IMG/VR virus record: IMGVR_UViG_3300030099_005341
Length of the DNA stretch: 64,000 bases
Strand: one strand, 5' to 3'
From: an uncultured virus (IMG/VR IMGVR_UViG_3300030099_005341)
Lineage: Duplodnaviria; Heunggongvirae; Uroviricota; Caudoviricetes
Shown here piece after piece: positions 1-10,094 of the stretch (its first letter is position 1; each line of letters begins with the position of its first letter). Position numbers and translations under genes: made by a program. A model generated the notes under the pieces. The model saw only the letters and a list, made by a program, of their open reading frames with translations. It ran no database searches and was not told the DNA's origin.

Positions 1-2
1 AA

Positions 3-491
3 AAGCCATTAAAAACATCTTTTGATATCGATGTGTTTTCACAAGAAGAGGATTATCACGATGATTTAAATCCAAAGTCTGGTGTTTATATTAAAAACAC
101 TGATGCGAGTACTGGTGCTATGAAAGAAGGTTTAGTATTAACCTATCCAGTTGAAAGATTTAAAGGTTTTATAACTTTAGATCAAGGTAAAACTGTTCAA
201 GTAGACGGTTTAACAGAAACTCTTGGTAGAGCTGATGGTTTTACTATGGTTTTTGAACCTCTAATTGGAGCACCTGAAACTTCTAACACTGACAAACCAC
301 TTGAGCATTATGACTATATAACTATAATACACGAGGCTGGTTTCCAAAAAGAGATCATATCTGAAATATGCACTCAAATAAATGGTAATCGTCATGGTGA
401 TAATGGTTTTATGGTTGTTTGCGACCCGTTAGTAGAAGAGTTTATACACCACAAAATCAAATATTGTATACCTGTTTTATCTGATCAATAA
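3..491 (+). CDS. Hypothetical protein, 5' truncated by the window edge
   Basis: Frame is open from position 3 through the GTG at 33 to the stop at 491; no motif recognised. Confidence 0.6.
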   Translation, partial: KPLKTSFDIDVFSQEEDYHDDLNPKSGVYIKNTDASTGAMKEGLVLTYPVERFKGFITLDQGKTVQVDGLTETLGRADGFTMVFEPLIGAPETSNTDKPLEHYDYITIIHEAGFQKEIISEICTQINGNRHGDNGFMVVCDPLVEEFIHHKIKYCIPVLSDQ

Positions 492-494
492 CAG

Positions 495-938
495 TTGGCT
501 AGATTAACAAGTAGTGATATACGATCTTTAAAAATCTTTAAGTATTACAGGCTCGTTAGAAAATGGGCCTGTAAGACTTACGGATTAAAAGACGCTGATT
601 TAGAATTATTAATTTATTTAGATTGTAAAGAAAGATTTACACGACAAGAGTTTATAGATGGTACATACACGTATTCATGGGATAAACAAAGATGGGACAA
701 ACTAAGGTCTAACGGCTGGATAGAAGTTTGGAGACAAAGAAATAGATTAGATATAAAATATTCTATATACAAAACTTCTTTTAAATGTTCTCAGATGATA
801 AGTAGAATATACAGAATACTTCTAGGTCAAGAAGATTTACCAACCTCTGAAAGAAGTATATTTTTTAATAATAAATCATATACAGATAAAGTTTATAATA
901 AAGCTATTGATGATATGGTTAAAGATAAAACAAGATAA
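495..938 (+). CDS. Winged-helix (MarR-like) DNA-binding protein
   Basis: L-x-DADLELLIYL helix, then WDKLRSNGWIEV and a wing-like YSIYKTS; TTG start. Confidence 0.5.
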   Translation: MARLTSSDIRSLKIFKYYRLVRKWACKTYGLKDADLELLIYLDCKERFTRQEFIDGTYTYSWDKQRWDKLRSNGWIEVWRQRNRLDIKYSIYKTSFKCSQMISRIYRILLGQEDLPTSERSIFFNNKSYTDKVYNKAIDDMVKDKTR

Positions 939-939
939 T

Positions 940-1530
940 ATGGGTTATAAAATGAAGGGTCCTACTTTCTTTAATAAAAAATCACCGTTTAAAAAATTTG
1001 CACCGGATGATGATGTGTTGACAAAGAACATTAAAGACACCAGCCAACCAGGAGACGAAGAGATTAGAGCTAAAGTTGAAAAGAAAGGACCAGCTACCGT
1101 TAAAAATAAAAAGAAGACTAAAACTGAAATAGAAACGGAGAGAAAAAATAAAAAAATACAAACTGAGAACAATAAGGCTAAAGAAGCAGAATCTGCTAGT
1201 AAGTCGTTTAAAACTAAAAGACTTGAAGAGAAACAAGCAAAGCTACAAGAAAAACATTCTAAGCTAAGTGAGAAAAAAGGTCTTTTAGGTAAGATAAGAA
1301 CAAGAATGAACGAAAGAAGACAAGATAGAATGGCTGAAAAAGTTGCAGCTTCACAAGCACATGATGCTATGAGCCCTGAAGAAAAAGCGGCTATGAGAGC
1401 TGAAAAGAGAGCTATAAAAATGAAAATGGTTATGAGTGGTTTAGATCAAAGTTTAAACGCTGGTAATTATGGTTACTCATCAAAGGCTGACTATTCGTTT
1501 TTAACTGATAGATATAAAAAGAAAGATTAA
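940..1530 (+). CDS. Basic coiled-coil protein, possible virion internal protein
   Basis: Start MGYKMKG at 940 follows the upstream stop; K/E-rich; N-terminus and SPFK motif shared with 43367. Confidence 0.6.
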   Translation: MGYKMKGPTFFNKKSPFKKFAPDDDVLTKNIKDTSQPGDEEIRAKVEKKGPATVKNKKKTKTEIETERKNKKIQTENNKAKEAESASKSFKTKRLEEKQAKLQEKHSKLSEKKGLLGKIRTRMNERRQDRMAEKVAASQAHDAMSPEEKAAMRAEKRAIKMKMVMSGLDQSLNAGNYGYSSKADYSFLTDRYKKKD

Positions 1531-1531
1531 T

Positions 1532-1903
1532 ATGGCTTTTAAACTAGGACATAGATCAAGTAAAGATTATAAAGGTAGTAAACTGGTATTTGGAGATAAA
1601 GACGCTTCGGTACCGGGAACACCTGTTATAAGAAAAAGATTAGACCCAGGTATTATGGGTGAAGCTAATATTGATGGTACAATATATATAAGCGACAAGA
1701 TAGAGCCTGGTAGTAAAGACGAAAGAAGAACTATATGTCACGAAATGCAACACATGGTTGATATTAAAACTGGCAAGTTAAGATATAACGATGATAACAT
1801 AGAGTGGAATGGAGTTGAGTATATGAGAGACAAAGGACATATATTATTTGAAGGGAAATGGATACCTGAAGGTAGCAAAGATTTTCCTTGGGAAAAACCT
1901 TAA
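1532..1903 (+). CDS. Small zincin-like metallopeptidase
   Basis: HExxH motif (CHEMQH) preceded by GEANxDGTIYI strands. Confidence 0.6.
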   Translation: MAFKLGHRSSKDYKGSKLVFGDKDASVPGTPVIRKRLDPGIMGEANIDGTIYISDKIEPGSKDERRTICHEMQHMVDIKTGKLRYNDDNIEWNGVEYMRDKGHILFEGKWIPEGSKDFPWEKP

Positions 1904-1917
1904 TAAAAAATAAAAAC

Positions 1918-2208
1918 ATGGGATTTAAACAAACAAAACCAAAATTTGACTTTAACAAAAGTAATGATTATAGTAAGGCTAAAAATGATTATAGACCTAA
2001 AGCTACTATATCTGGTCAAAGTATAGATAGTAAAACATCCAGAGCTTTGTACGACATGCAAAGTGGTATAAAGAAAGGTGATAAAATAGAAGGTAACTTT
2101 CCAAGAGGTAAAGATGGTTACATCCAAGATAATGACTACGTGGTTAGGCAAAAAGCACCTGGTCACTGGGTTACTGGTAGTGGTAAAAACGGAGGTAAGA
2201 AGAAATGA
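1918..2208 (+). CDS. Basic hypothetical protein
   Basis: Likely start MGFKQ at 1918 after an A-rich leader. Confidence 0.55.
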   Translation: MGFKQTKPKFDFNKSNDYSKAKNDYRPKATISGQSIDSKTSRALYDMQSGIKKGDKIEGNFPRGKDGYIQDNDYVVRQKAPGHWVTGSGKNGGKKK

Positions 2209-2597
2209 GTATAATAAGTAAAATACTTTCTTCTGGTGCTACAGAACTAGTGAAAGGCGTGGGTGGTGTAATAGATAATCTACACACATCTAAAGAAGAG
2301 AAGTTAGCTGCGGAAGCTAAAATAAAAGACATGATAATGGGTTACGAAGCTGAGATGCAAAAACAAGTAACAGAGAGATGGAAGATGGACATGCAGTCTG
2401 ATTCATGGCTTAGTAAAAATATAAGACCATTAGTTTTAGTATTTTTAGTTGTATCAACAGTGTTGTTAATATTTATTGACGCTGGAGCTATTAAATTTAC
2501 AGTGCAAGACAAATGGACTGATCTATTGCAATTAGTATTAATAACCGTGATCGGTGCTTATTTTGGCGGTAGATCACTAGAAAAAGTAAAAAAATAA
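2205..2597 (+). CDS. Holin, GTA 3TM-holin-like
   Basis: Amphipathic N-terminus, SDSWLSKNIRP motif, two TM helices, YFGGRSLEK tail. Confidence 0.75.
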   Translation: MSIISKILSSGATELVKGVGGVIDNLHTSKEEKLAAEAKIKDMIMGYEAEMQKQVTERWKMDMQSDSWLSKNIRPLVLVFLVVSTVLLIFIDAGAIKFTVQDKWTDLLQLVLITVIGAYFGGRSLEKVKK

Positions 2598-2600
2598 ATT

Positions 2601-3257
2601 ATGGCATATCAAGACAATTCAACAAGTTATAGCTTTGGACAAATGGGAAGCGCTATATCTGATGGCGAAAACCCAATATATCCTCCAAAAGGAATGGTTA
2701 TAATAGCTGTAACATCATTAGATGATGCTACATGCTTTAACGCTACTAACGGTTTAATAAGCGAACTACACCACACTGGTAATGGAGACATAGCTGATAA
2801 ATTTGATTTTTTTAACACAGAAAATGCTGCTCACTCTGTTGGTGACTTTAGCACAACTGGTCACAATAATGCAAACAACGCTGATCACGATGGTGGTTTT
2901 ATTACGCTAGGGGCTGCAAGTACAAAAATAAAACCTGGAATGATAGTAGAGTCAGCTACGTTATGTCCTAGAGATTTAAAAAATCCTTATATAGTAAAAA
3001 GCCACGATGGTACTACAACCGCTAAAGGTTTAGTTGTTTCTAGACTTTTATCAAGCGGAGCACCTGTTGATACCACAGGTTCAGTAGCTAGTGGAGATGC
3101 TGAAACTTTAAATTTCTTTGACGTAGTAAACGGTCAAGGTATGGGTGGTTTAGAAATGGATGCTAATGATGTAATAAAAACAGGTGTTACAATATATGGT
3201 AGATGGACAGCTGCTAAGTTGGCTGGCGGTAGAGCAATCTTTTATTTCGGTAAGTAA
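2601..3257 (+). CDS. Putative virion structural/decoration protein
   Basis: G/S/T/N-rich beta composition, C-terminal GVTIYGRWT; position in late arm. Confidence 0.45.
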   Translation: MAYQDNSTSYSFGQMGSAISDGENPIYPPKGMVIIAVTSLDDATCFNATNGLISELHHTGNGDIADKFDFFNTENAAHSVGDFSTTGHNNANNADHDGGFITLGAASTKIKPGMIVESATLCPRDLKNPYIVKSHDGTTTAKGLVVSRLLSSGAPVDTTGSVASGDAETLNFFDVVNGQGMGGLEMDANDVIKTGVTIYGRWTAAKLAGGRAIFYFGK

Positions 3258-4078
3258 TGTTAGGTCTAGGAAACCGAGTAACAAATAGCTACGTGCAGAG
3301 CAGTACGCCTTATGTAAACCCATCTTCATTTTCAAATTTAACGTTGTGGTTGCAGTTTAACAAAGATATATTTGTTGATGAACCGGACGCTGGTAATAGT
3401 AATGATGATAGCTGGTCTCATAATGACAAGATATTTAGATGGCAAGATCAATCTGGTAATAACAACCACGCTGTGCAGGATACAAGCGGTGATAAACCTA
3501 GAACTGATATGGTCGAAGGTAATGGTCTCGCTGACAAGGGGTCTGTTAAGTTTGCAAATAGAGCTAAGTTTATGGACTTAACTAGCAATATAGAATTAAC
3601 AGGTGATTTTACTATAATGATTAGGTTTAGATTAACAAACACGAGTAACCCAATAGCTTTTTTAGGTAATAGTACAACTGATTTACTTAAACTAGAAGAC
3701 AGTCGTGATGTTAGAGCTTTGATAGGTGGATCGGGAGCTTCAACTTGGTACGAATCAAGTGCAGCTGCGTTACCTTCAGGCGATCCTACAAAAAGAAGTA
3801 TTATAACGTTTACAAGAAGTTCAGGCGTTTTAAACGTTCGTTTAAATACAGGTACAGCTAGTGGTAGCTGGAAAGATATACACGATGATGTTAATTGGGA
3901 TGCTGCTGAAAATCACACAGACTCAGATACCTTTACTATAAGTAATATAGGTACAACTTCTGATGATAATACAAATTTTAACGGTAATTTTTTTGATGTT
4001 TTAATTTACAACGGCACGGCTTTAACAACGGCACAAAGAAAACAAAACTACGACTATTTAGTAGGACAAACTTTATAA
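3257..4078 (+). CDS. LamG/ConA-like beta-sandwich protein (fibre or head appendage)
   Basis: LTLWL...WQDQSGNNNHA...FNGNFFDVLIYNGTAL pattern. Confidence 0.6.
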   Translation: MLGLGNRVTNSYVQSSTPYVNPSSFSNLTLWLQFNKDIFVDEPDAGNSNDDSWSHNDKIFRWQDQSGNNNHAVQDTSGDKPRTDMVEGNGLADKGSVKFANRAKFMDLTSNIELTGDFTIMIRFRLTNTSNPIAFLGNSTTDLLKLEDSRDVRALIGGSGASTWYESSAAALPSGDPTKRSIITFTRSSGVLNVRLNTGTASGSWKDIHDDVNWDAAENHTDSDTFTISNIGTTSDDNTNFNGNFFDVLIYNGTALTTAQRKQNYDYLVGQTL

Positions 4079-4098
4079 TAACAATTAAATTAAATAAA

Positions 4099-4416
4099 AT
4101 GGCAAAAAGAAAAACACCTAAGGTGAAAGACCTTAGACAAGAAAAAATTTCAAAAGAACAATTAAAAGAACTACAAGAGATTGTTTCTGGTATTAACCAA
4201 GCGCAAATGCAGCTAGGTTTATTTGAATTGCAAAAACACAATATGCTACATAGCGTGTTAAAAATGCAGAAAGATATTAATAAACTTCAAGATCAGTTTG
4301 TTAGAGAATATGGTACTAACGATATAGATCTTAGAGATGGTACTATTCGTTATGAAATAGAGAATCCTGAAGATGAAAAATTTGAAAACAATGGGACCGT
4401 TAATAAGAAAGATTAG
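4099..4416 (+). CDS. Coiled-coil hypothetical protein
   Basis: Heptad-rich 105 aa ORF in operon. Confidence 0.65.
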   Translation: MAKRKTPKVKDLRQEKISKEQLKELQEIVSGINQAQMQLGLFELQKHNMLHSVLKMQKDINKLQDQFVREYGTNDIDLRDGTIRYEIENPEDEKFENNGTVNKKD

Positions 4417-4612
4417 TATAGGTAAAGACTACAAGAACGACGCTATGCATTATGCTGTTGGTCAGGAGGTATACGGAGGTCATACAATATGTGATATAAT
4501 AGAAGAAAAAGATAAATATTCTATATACATAAAAAAGAACAATGATGTTATACCTTGGAAAGATTTTAACAAGAACATGGCGATATCTGTTGAATATAAT
4601 TTAGAATACTAA
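4391..4612 (+). CDS. Small beta-rich hypothetical protein
   Basis: IRKISIG...MHYAVGQ; overlaps neighbours in operon fashion. Confidence 0.6.
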   Translation: MGPLIRKISIGKDYKNDAMHYAVGQEVYGGHTICDIIEEKDKYSIYIKKNNDVIPWKDFNKNMAISVEYNLEY

Positions 4613-5205
4613 TGAAGAGTGTTTACAACTTTGTTGTAACACCAATAGGGAAAAGATATAATAATTCTAAAAAAGTAGGTGACAAAGATCTTATTTTAAA
4701 TACAGAAATTTTTAATCATCAATATATAAATAGAAAAGCAAAAGTTATATCAAAACCTATAATAGGTGATACAGAAATAGAAGTTAACGATGAGGTTATA
4801 ATACATCACAACGTTTTTAGAAGATGGCATAACGCTATTGGTGAAGAAAAAAATAGTAGAAGTTATATAGACGAAGATCATTATCTAGTTAATACAGATC
4901 AAGTATATCTTTACAAAAGAAAAGAGACTTGGAAAACACCAAAAGGTTATTGTTTTGTTCAACCTATAAAACCAATAGAAAATATATTTTCAACTTTAGA
5001 AGAACAACCATTAATGGGTATTGTTAAATATTCTGATGGTACGGTGAACGAGGGTGAACTTATTGGTTTTAGACCTGGTAGTGAGTTTGAGTTTGTTATA
5101 GGAAAACAAAGACTATATAGAGTTTTATCTAATTTTATTACAATTAAATATGAATATAAAGGAAACGAAGAAGCTTATAATCCAAGCTGGGCACAAAGCA
5201 GTTGA
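4612..5205 (+). CDS. GroES-like co-chaperonin, tandem domains
   Basis: Two repeats of FVV/FVQ-P...(A/G)xV...V-x-x-(N/G)-D/E-(V/L)I pattern typical of GroES folds. Confidence 0.55.
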   Translation: MKSVYNFVVTPIGKRYNNSKKVGDKDLILNTEIFNHQYINRKAKVISKPIIGDTEIEVNDEVIIHHNVFRRWHNAIGEEKNSRSYIDEDHYLVNTDQVYLYKRKETWKTPKGYCFVQPIKPIENIFSTLEEQPLMGIVKYSDGTVNEGELIGFRPGSEFEFVIGKQRLYRVLSNFITIKYEYKGNEEAYNPSWAQSS

Positions 5206-5428
5206 AGAACTTATTAACGTTGCTAAAGAAAAGATTATAACAAACACAGAAGATGATGTATCAGCTGATAGATTAAAAAACGCTGCAGCTACTAAAAAGC
5301 TAGCTATATTTGATGCTTTTGAAATACTTAACAGAATACAAGAAGAAGAGAATATTTTAAAAGGTAAAGAACCTGAAGAAAAAAAGGAAAGAGCTTTTAA
5401 AGGGTTTGCAGAAGGAAGATCGAGATGA
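5150..5428 (+). CDS. Helical protein, possible terminase small subunit
   Basis: Directly upstream of and overlapping terL; all-alpha. Confidence 0.45.
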   Translation: MNIKETKKLIIQAGHKAVEELINVAKEKIITNTEDDVSADRLKNAAATKKLAIFDAFEILNRIQEEENILKGKEPEEKKERAFKGFAEGRSR

Positions 5429-7644
5429 TATACAAACAAGAACTAGTTAAAATAATAGAACCTGTAAAACGTACGACTATAACTCGTATGAATAAAGGTA
5501 AAAAATGGAAATATGGATATGATAAAGAACATGATATTATCATTATATCAAAAACTGGACAAATTGGTGAAATACTTGAGATACAGAATTTGCGCGTTGC
5601 GTTGCCAAAACAACCAGTGCAAGTGTTCTCACATGAGTTAAAGAAGTGGGTTAGGTTTGAACAGCCAAAAGAACTCAGTAGACTAAAAAACATTTTTGAT
5701 TGGAGAAACTATCCTGATGAAGCTAAAGAGCAGTGGTATGATTACATTGATGAGGAGTTTAAGCGTAGAGATGAAGGTTTTTGGTTTATTAATAAAGATA
5801 AACCAACGTATATAACAGGTACTCATTATATGTATTTACAATGGAGCAAAATTGATGTGGGTGCTCCAGATTTTAGGGAGGCAAACAGGTTATTTTATAT
5901 ATTTTGGGAAGCCTGTAAAGCGGACAAAAGATGCTACGGAATGTGCTATCTTAAAAACCGTCGTTCGGGCTTTTCTTTTATGAGCTCTGCTGAGACAGTT
6001 AATTTAGCCACACTTGCAAGTGATAGTAGATTTGGGATACTATCTAAAACAGGTGCAGATGCTAAAAAAATGTTTACAGATAAAGTAGTACCAATCAGTA
6101 TTAATTATCCTTTCTTTTTTAAACCGATTCAAGACGGTATGGATCGACCTAAAACAGAATTAGCATACAGAGTACCAGCTAGTAAATTTACTCGTAAGAA
6201 AATAACATCTAACGAAAAGCTAGAAGAGTTACAAGGATTAGACACTACTATTGACTGGAAGAATACGGGTGATAATAGTTATGACGGTGAAAAGCTAAAT
6301 CTATTAGTACACGATGAAAGTGGTAAATGGGAAAGACCTGATAATATATTAAACAACTGGCGAGTTACAAAAACTTGTTTGAGATTAGGTAGTAGAGTTG
6401 TTGGTAAATGCATGATGGGTTCAACGTCAAATGCTTTAGACAAAGGAGGTGATAACTTTAAAAAATTGTATAATGCTTCTGATGTTACCCAGCGAAACAG
6501 AAATGGACAAACAAAGTCTGGTTTATATTCTCTTTTTATTCCAATGGAATGGAATTATGAAGGATTCATTGATGAGTACGGATATCCAGTGTTTAATAAT
6601 CCAAACGATGATGTCATCGGACCAGACGGTGAATTAATAGATATAGGTATAATAGAACATTGGCAAAACGAAGCTGATGGTTTAAAAAACGATCAAGATG
6701 CTTTAAATGAGTTTTTTAGACAGTTTCCTAAAACTACAGAACACGCATTTAGAGATGAAGCTCAAAATAGTATATTTAATCTAGTTAAGATATACGAGCA
6801 AATAGATTTTAACGAAGAAATGAAAAGATCCATAGGTATTACAAGAGGTAATTTCCAATGGCTAAATGGTATAAAAGATGGTAAAGTTATTTTTTATCCA
6901 GATTTAAAAGGAAGATTTTATGTAACATGGACACCACCTGTTCATTTACAAAACAACGTTGTTGTAAAAAATGGATACAAATATCCTGGTAACGAGCACA
7001 TGGGTGCTTTTGGTTGTGATAGTTATGATATATCAGGAACTGTTGACGGTAAAGGATCTAAGGGTTCTTTGCATGGTTTAACAAAGTTTTCTATGGAAGA
7101 TTGTCCAGCTAGTCAGTTTTTTTTAGAATATGTCGCTAGACCACAAACAGCAGAGATATTCTTTGAAGATATGTTGATGGCAATAGTTTTTTACGGTATG
7201 CCAATACTCGCAGAGAACAATAAACCAAGATTATTATATTATTTACGACGTAGAGGATATAGAGGTTTTAGTATGAACCGTCCAGATAAAGTTTGGAACA
7301 AGTTATCTACAGCCGAAAAAGAGGTTGGGGGTATACCAAACTCTAGTGAAGATATAAAACAAGCACATGCTGCTGCAATTGAGATGTATATACAAAGTAA
7401 CGTAGGTATTAAAGATGATGGTTCACATGGTAACATGTATTTTAATAGAACACTTAATGATTGGAGTAGATTTGATATAACAAAAAGAACAAAGTTTGAC
7501 GCGACGATAAGTTCTGGTTTAGCAATAATGGCTTGTAATAGACATTTGTATAAACCAAATGCAGATATTAAAAGAGAAAAAATAAATATAAATATTGCTA
7601 AATATACCCAATCAGGCAGTATAAGTAAATTAATTAAACGATAA
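5425..7644 (+). CDS. terL: Terminase large subunit
   Basis: Walker A-like KNRRSGFS, Walker B LLVHDESGK, GST coupling motif, RNase H-like GCDSYD and AENN. Confidence 0.9.
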   Translation: MIYKQELVKIIEPVKRTTITRMNKGKKWKYGYDKEHDIIIISKTGQIGEILEIQNLRVALPKQPVQVFSHELKKWVRFEQPKELSRLKNIFDWRNYPDEAKEQWYDYIDEEFKRRDEGFWFINKDKPTYITGTHYMYLQWSKIDVGAPDFREANRLFYIFWEACKADKRCYGMCYLKNRRSGFSFMSSAETVNLATLASDSRFGILSKTGADAKKMFTDKVVPISINYPFFFKPIQDGMDRPKTELAYRVPASKFTRKKITSNEKLEELQGLDTTIDWKNTGDNSYDGEKLNLLVHDESGKWERPDNILNNWRVTKTCLRLGSRVVGKCMMGSTSNALDKGGDNFKKLYNASDVTQRNRNGQTKSGLYSLFIPMEWNYEGFIDEYGYPVFNNPNDDVIGPDGELIDIGIIEHWQNEADGLKNDQDALNEFFRQFPKTTEHAFRDEAQNSIFNLVKIYEQIDFNEEMKRSIGITRGNFQWLNGIKDGKVIFYPDLKGRFYVTWTPPVHLQNNVVVKNGYKYPGNEHMGAFGCDSYDISGTVDGKGSKGSLHGLTKFSMEDCPASQFFLEYVARPQTAEIFFEDMLMAIVFYGMPILAENNKPRLLYYLRRRGYRGFSMNRPDKVWNKLSTAEKEVGGIPNSSEDIKQAHAAAIEMYIQSNVGIKDDGSHGNMYFNRTLNDWSRFDITKRTKFDATISSGLAIMACNRHLYKPNADIKREKININIAKYTQSGSISKLIKR

Positions 7645-7646
7645 GT

Positions 7647-10067
7647 ATGGCAGAGTCTGTTATAAATAGTTTTTTTCCAAGTCAAGTTGTTAGCGACGCT
7701 GTAAAGTTAAGTCCTGACTATGGATTATCTGTAGCTAAAGCTATAGAGCACGAGTGGTTTAATAGAAGCCAATCGGGCGATAAATTTAGTAGTAACGTAT
7801 CTAAATTTAGAAACTTAAGATTGTACGCTAGAGGAGAGCAATCAGTACAAAAATACAAAGATGAATTATCTATTAATGGTGATTTATCTTATTTAAATTT
7901 AGACTGGACACCAGTTCCAATTATACCTAAATTTGTAGACATAGTTGTTAATGGTATAGCGGAAAGACTATATGACATAAAAGCATACTCGCAAGATCCT
8001 TTCGGCGTAAACAAAAGGACAGAGTACATGCAGCAAATAATGAAAGACATGCAAACCAAAGAACTAACTGATTTTGCAGAGCAAAACTTTGGTATGAAAT
8101 TTTATGATACAGACAAGGACAAACTACCTGGTTCAGAAGAAGAATTAGCATTACACATGCAGCTTAGTTATAAACAAGCTGTTGAGTTAGCTGAGGAGCA
8201 GGCTTTAAATATGTTATTTGAAAGAAGTAATTACGAGTTAATTAAAAAACGTTTTTATTATGATTTAACAGTTTTAGGTATAGGTGCTGTAAAAACAACG
8301 TTTAATACTTCTGAAGGAGCTAAAGTTGAATATGTTGATCCAGCAAATTTAGTTTATTCTTATACTGAATCACCATACTTTGAAGATGTTTATTACGTTG
8401 GTGAGGTAAAATCAATACCTATAAACGAACTTGTAAAAGAGTTTCCTTTTTTAAACCACGATGATTTAGAAGAAATAAGTAGTTCTTCTAGCCTTAGTTT
8501 TGGTAGATATAGATCTGGTTCTAAAAACGATCATGATAATAATAAAGTAAAAGTTTTATATTTTAATTATAAAACTTATATGAATGAAGTTTATAAGTCT
8601 AAAAAAACTAGTACTGGTGCAGAAAAAATGATTGAAAAAGATGATAGTTTTAACCCACCAGAAGGATTAGAAGGTCAATACGAAAGAGTTGCTAGGAAAT
8701 TAGAAACACTTTATGAAGGAGCTTTAATACTTGGTACCAACAAACTATTAAAGTGGGAAATGGCTAAAAACATGTTGAGGCCAAAAAGTGATGTTACTAA
8801 AGTTAAAATGAATTATAGTATAGTTGCACCTAGAATATATGAGGGACGTATAGAATCACTTGTAGGAAGAATAACTAGCTTTGCTGATATGATACAGATA
8901 ACTCATTTAAAACTTCAACAGGTGTTGTCTAGAATGGTTCCTGATGGTGTGTTCTTAGATGTTGATGGTTTAGCAGAGGTTGATCTTGGTAATGGTACTA
9001 ATTACAACCCACAAGAAGCTTTAAATATGTTCTTCCAAACTGGTAGTATTGTTGGTAGATCATACACGCAAGACGGTGATATGAACGGTGCTAAAATACC
9101 TATCCAACAAATAGCTAATCAAGGTGCTGAAGGTAATAAAATGCAAAGTTTAATAAGTACATACAATTATTATTTACAAATGATAAGAGATGTTACTGGT
9201 TTAAATGAAGCTACAGACGCTTCAACACCAGATGCTAAATCATTAGTTGGTGTACAAAAAATGGCGGCTGCTAATAGTAATACAGCTACAAGACATATAT
9301 TAAAAGGTGGTATGTTTTTAACCGCGGAAGCTGCAGAACAACTTTCACTTAGAATATCTGATATTATAGAGTATTCACCAACTAGAAACGCTTTTATACA
9401 ACAAATAGGTGCTCACAACGTAGCAACATTAGATGAAATGCAAAACATACATTTATATGATTTTGGTATATTCTTAGAATTAGAACCTGATGAAGAGGAA
9501 AAGCAAATGCTAGAAAATAATATACAGACAGCATTAGCAAATCAAAGTATAGAACTTGAAGACGCTATTGATCTTAGACAGATAAGAAATGTAAAACTAG
9601 CAAACCAAGTATTAAAAGTTAGAAGAACAAAGAAAAGAGCAGCGGATCAAGAACAGGAAGTTAAAGTTCAAGAAGCTCAAGGTAAAGCACAAGCTGAAGC
9701 TTCAAGAGCGGCTGCTCAAGCTGAAATGGAAAAACAACAGTCTATTTTAGAAAGTCAAATGCAATTAGAGCAAGCTAAAACACAGGGCAAGCAAATGATA
9801 CTAGATCAGGAGGCTGAGTTAAAGAAAACTTTAATGGATCATGAGTTTAGAATCAACATGCAATTAAAGCAAATGGAGATTGAAGCTCTTAAAGCAAAAG
9901 AAAAAGAGCAGGAGGATAGAAAAGACGAAAGGACTAGAATACAAGCGTCACAACAAAGTGAGCTTATTGACCAAAGAAATAAGCAAAAACCACCTAAAAA
10001 ATTTGAATCTGCAGGTAATGATATAATGGGAGGTGGATTTGGTATGAACGCTTTTGAACCTAGGTAA
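7647..10067 (+). CDS. Portal protein
   Basis: 806 aa after terL; PIIPKFVDIVVN, RDVTGLNEA; C-terminal coiled coil. Confidence 0.85.
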   Translation: MAESVINSFFPSQVVSDAVKLSPDYGLSVAKAIEHEWFNRSQSGDKFSSNVSKFRNLRLYARGEQSVQKYKDELSINGDLSYLNLDWTPVPIIPKFVDIVVNGIAERLYDIKAYSQDPFGVNKRTEYMQQIMKDMQTKELTDFAEQNFGMKFYDTDKDKLPGSEEELALHMQLSYKQAVELAEEQALNMLFERSNYELIKKRFYYDLTVLGIGAVKTTFNTSEGAKVEYVDPANLVYSYTESPYFEDVYYVGEVKSIPINELVKEFPFLNHDDLEEISSSSSLSFGRYRSGSKNDHDNNKVKVLYFNYKTYMNEVYKSKKTSTGAEKMIEKDDSFNPPEGLEGQYERVARKLETLYEGALILGTNKLLKWEMAKNMLRPKSDVTKVKMNYSIVAPRIYEGRIESLVGRITSFADMIQITHLKLQQVLSRMVPDGVFLDVDGLAEVDLGNGTNYNPQEALNMFFQTGSIVGRSYTQDGDMNGAKIPIQQIANQGAEGNKMQSLISTYNYYLQMIRDVTGLNEATDASTPDAKSLVGVQKMAAANSNTATRHILKGGMFLTAEAAEQLSLRISDIIEYSPTRNAFIQQIGAHNVATLDEMQNIHLYDFGIFLELEPDEEEKQMLENNIQTALANQSIELEDAIDLRQIRNVKLANQVLKVRRTKKRAADQEQEVKVQEAQGKAQAEASRAAAQAEMEKQQSILESQMQLEQAKTQGKQMILDQEAELKKTLMDHEFRINMQLKQMEIEALKAKEKEQEDRKDERTRIQASQQSELIDQRNKQKPPKKFESAGNDIMGGGFGMNAFEPR

Positions 10068-10094
10068 ATTTATTAATTATTATTATATTATATT

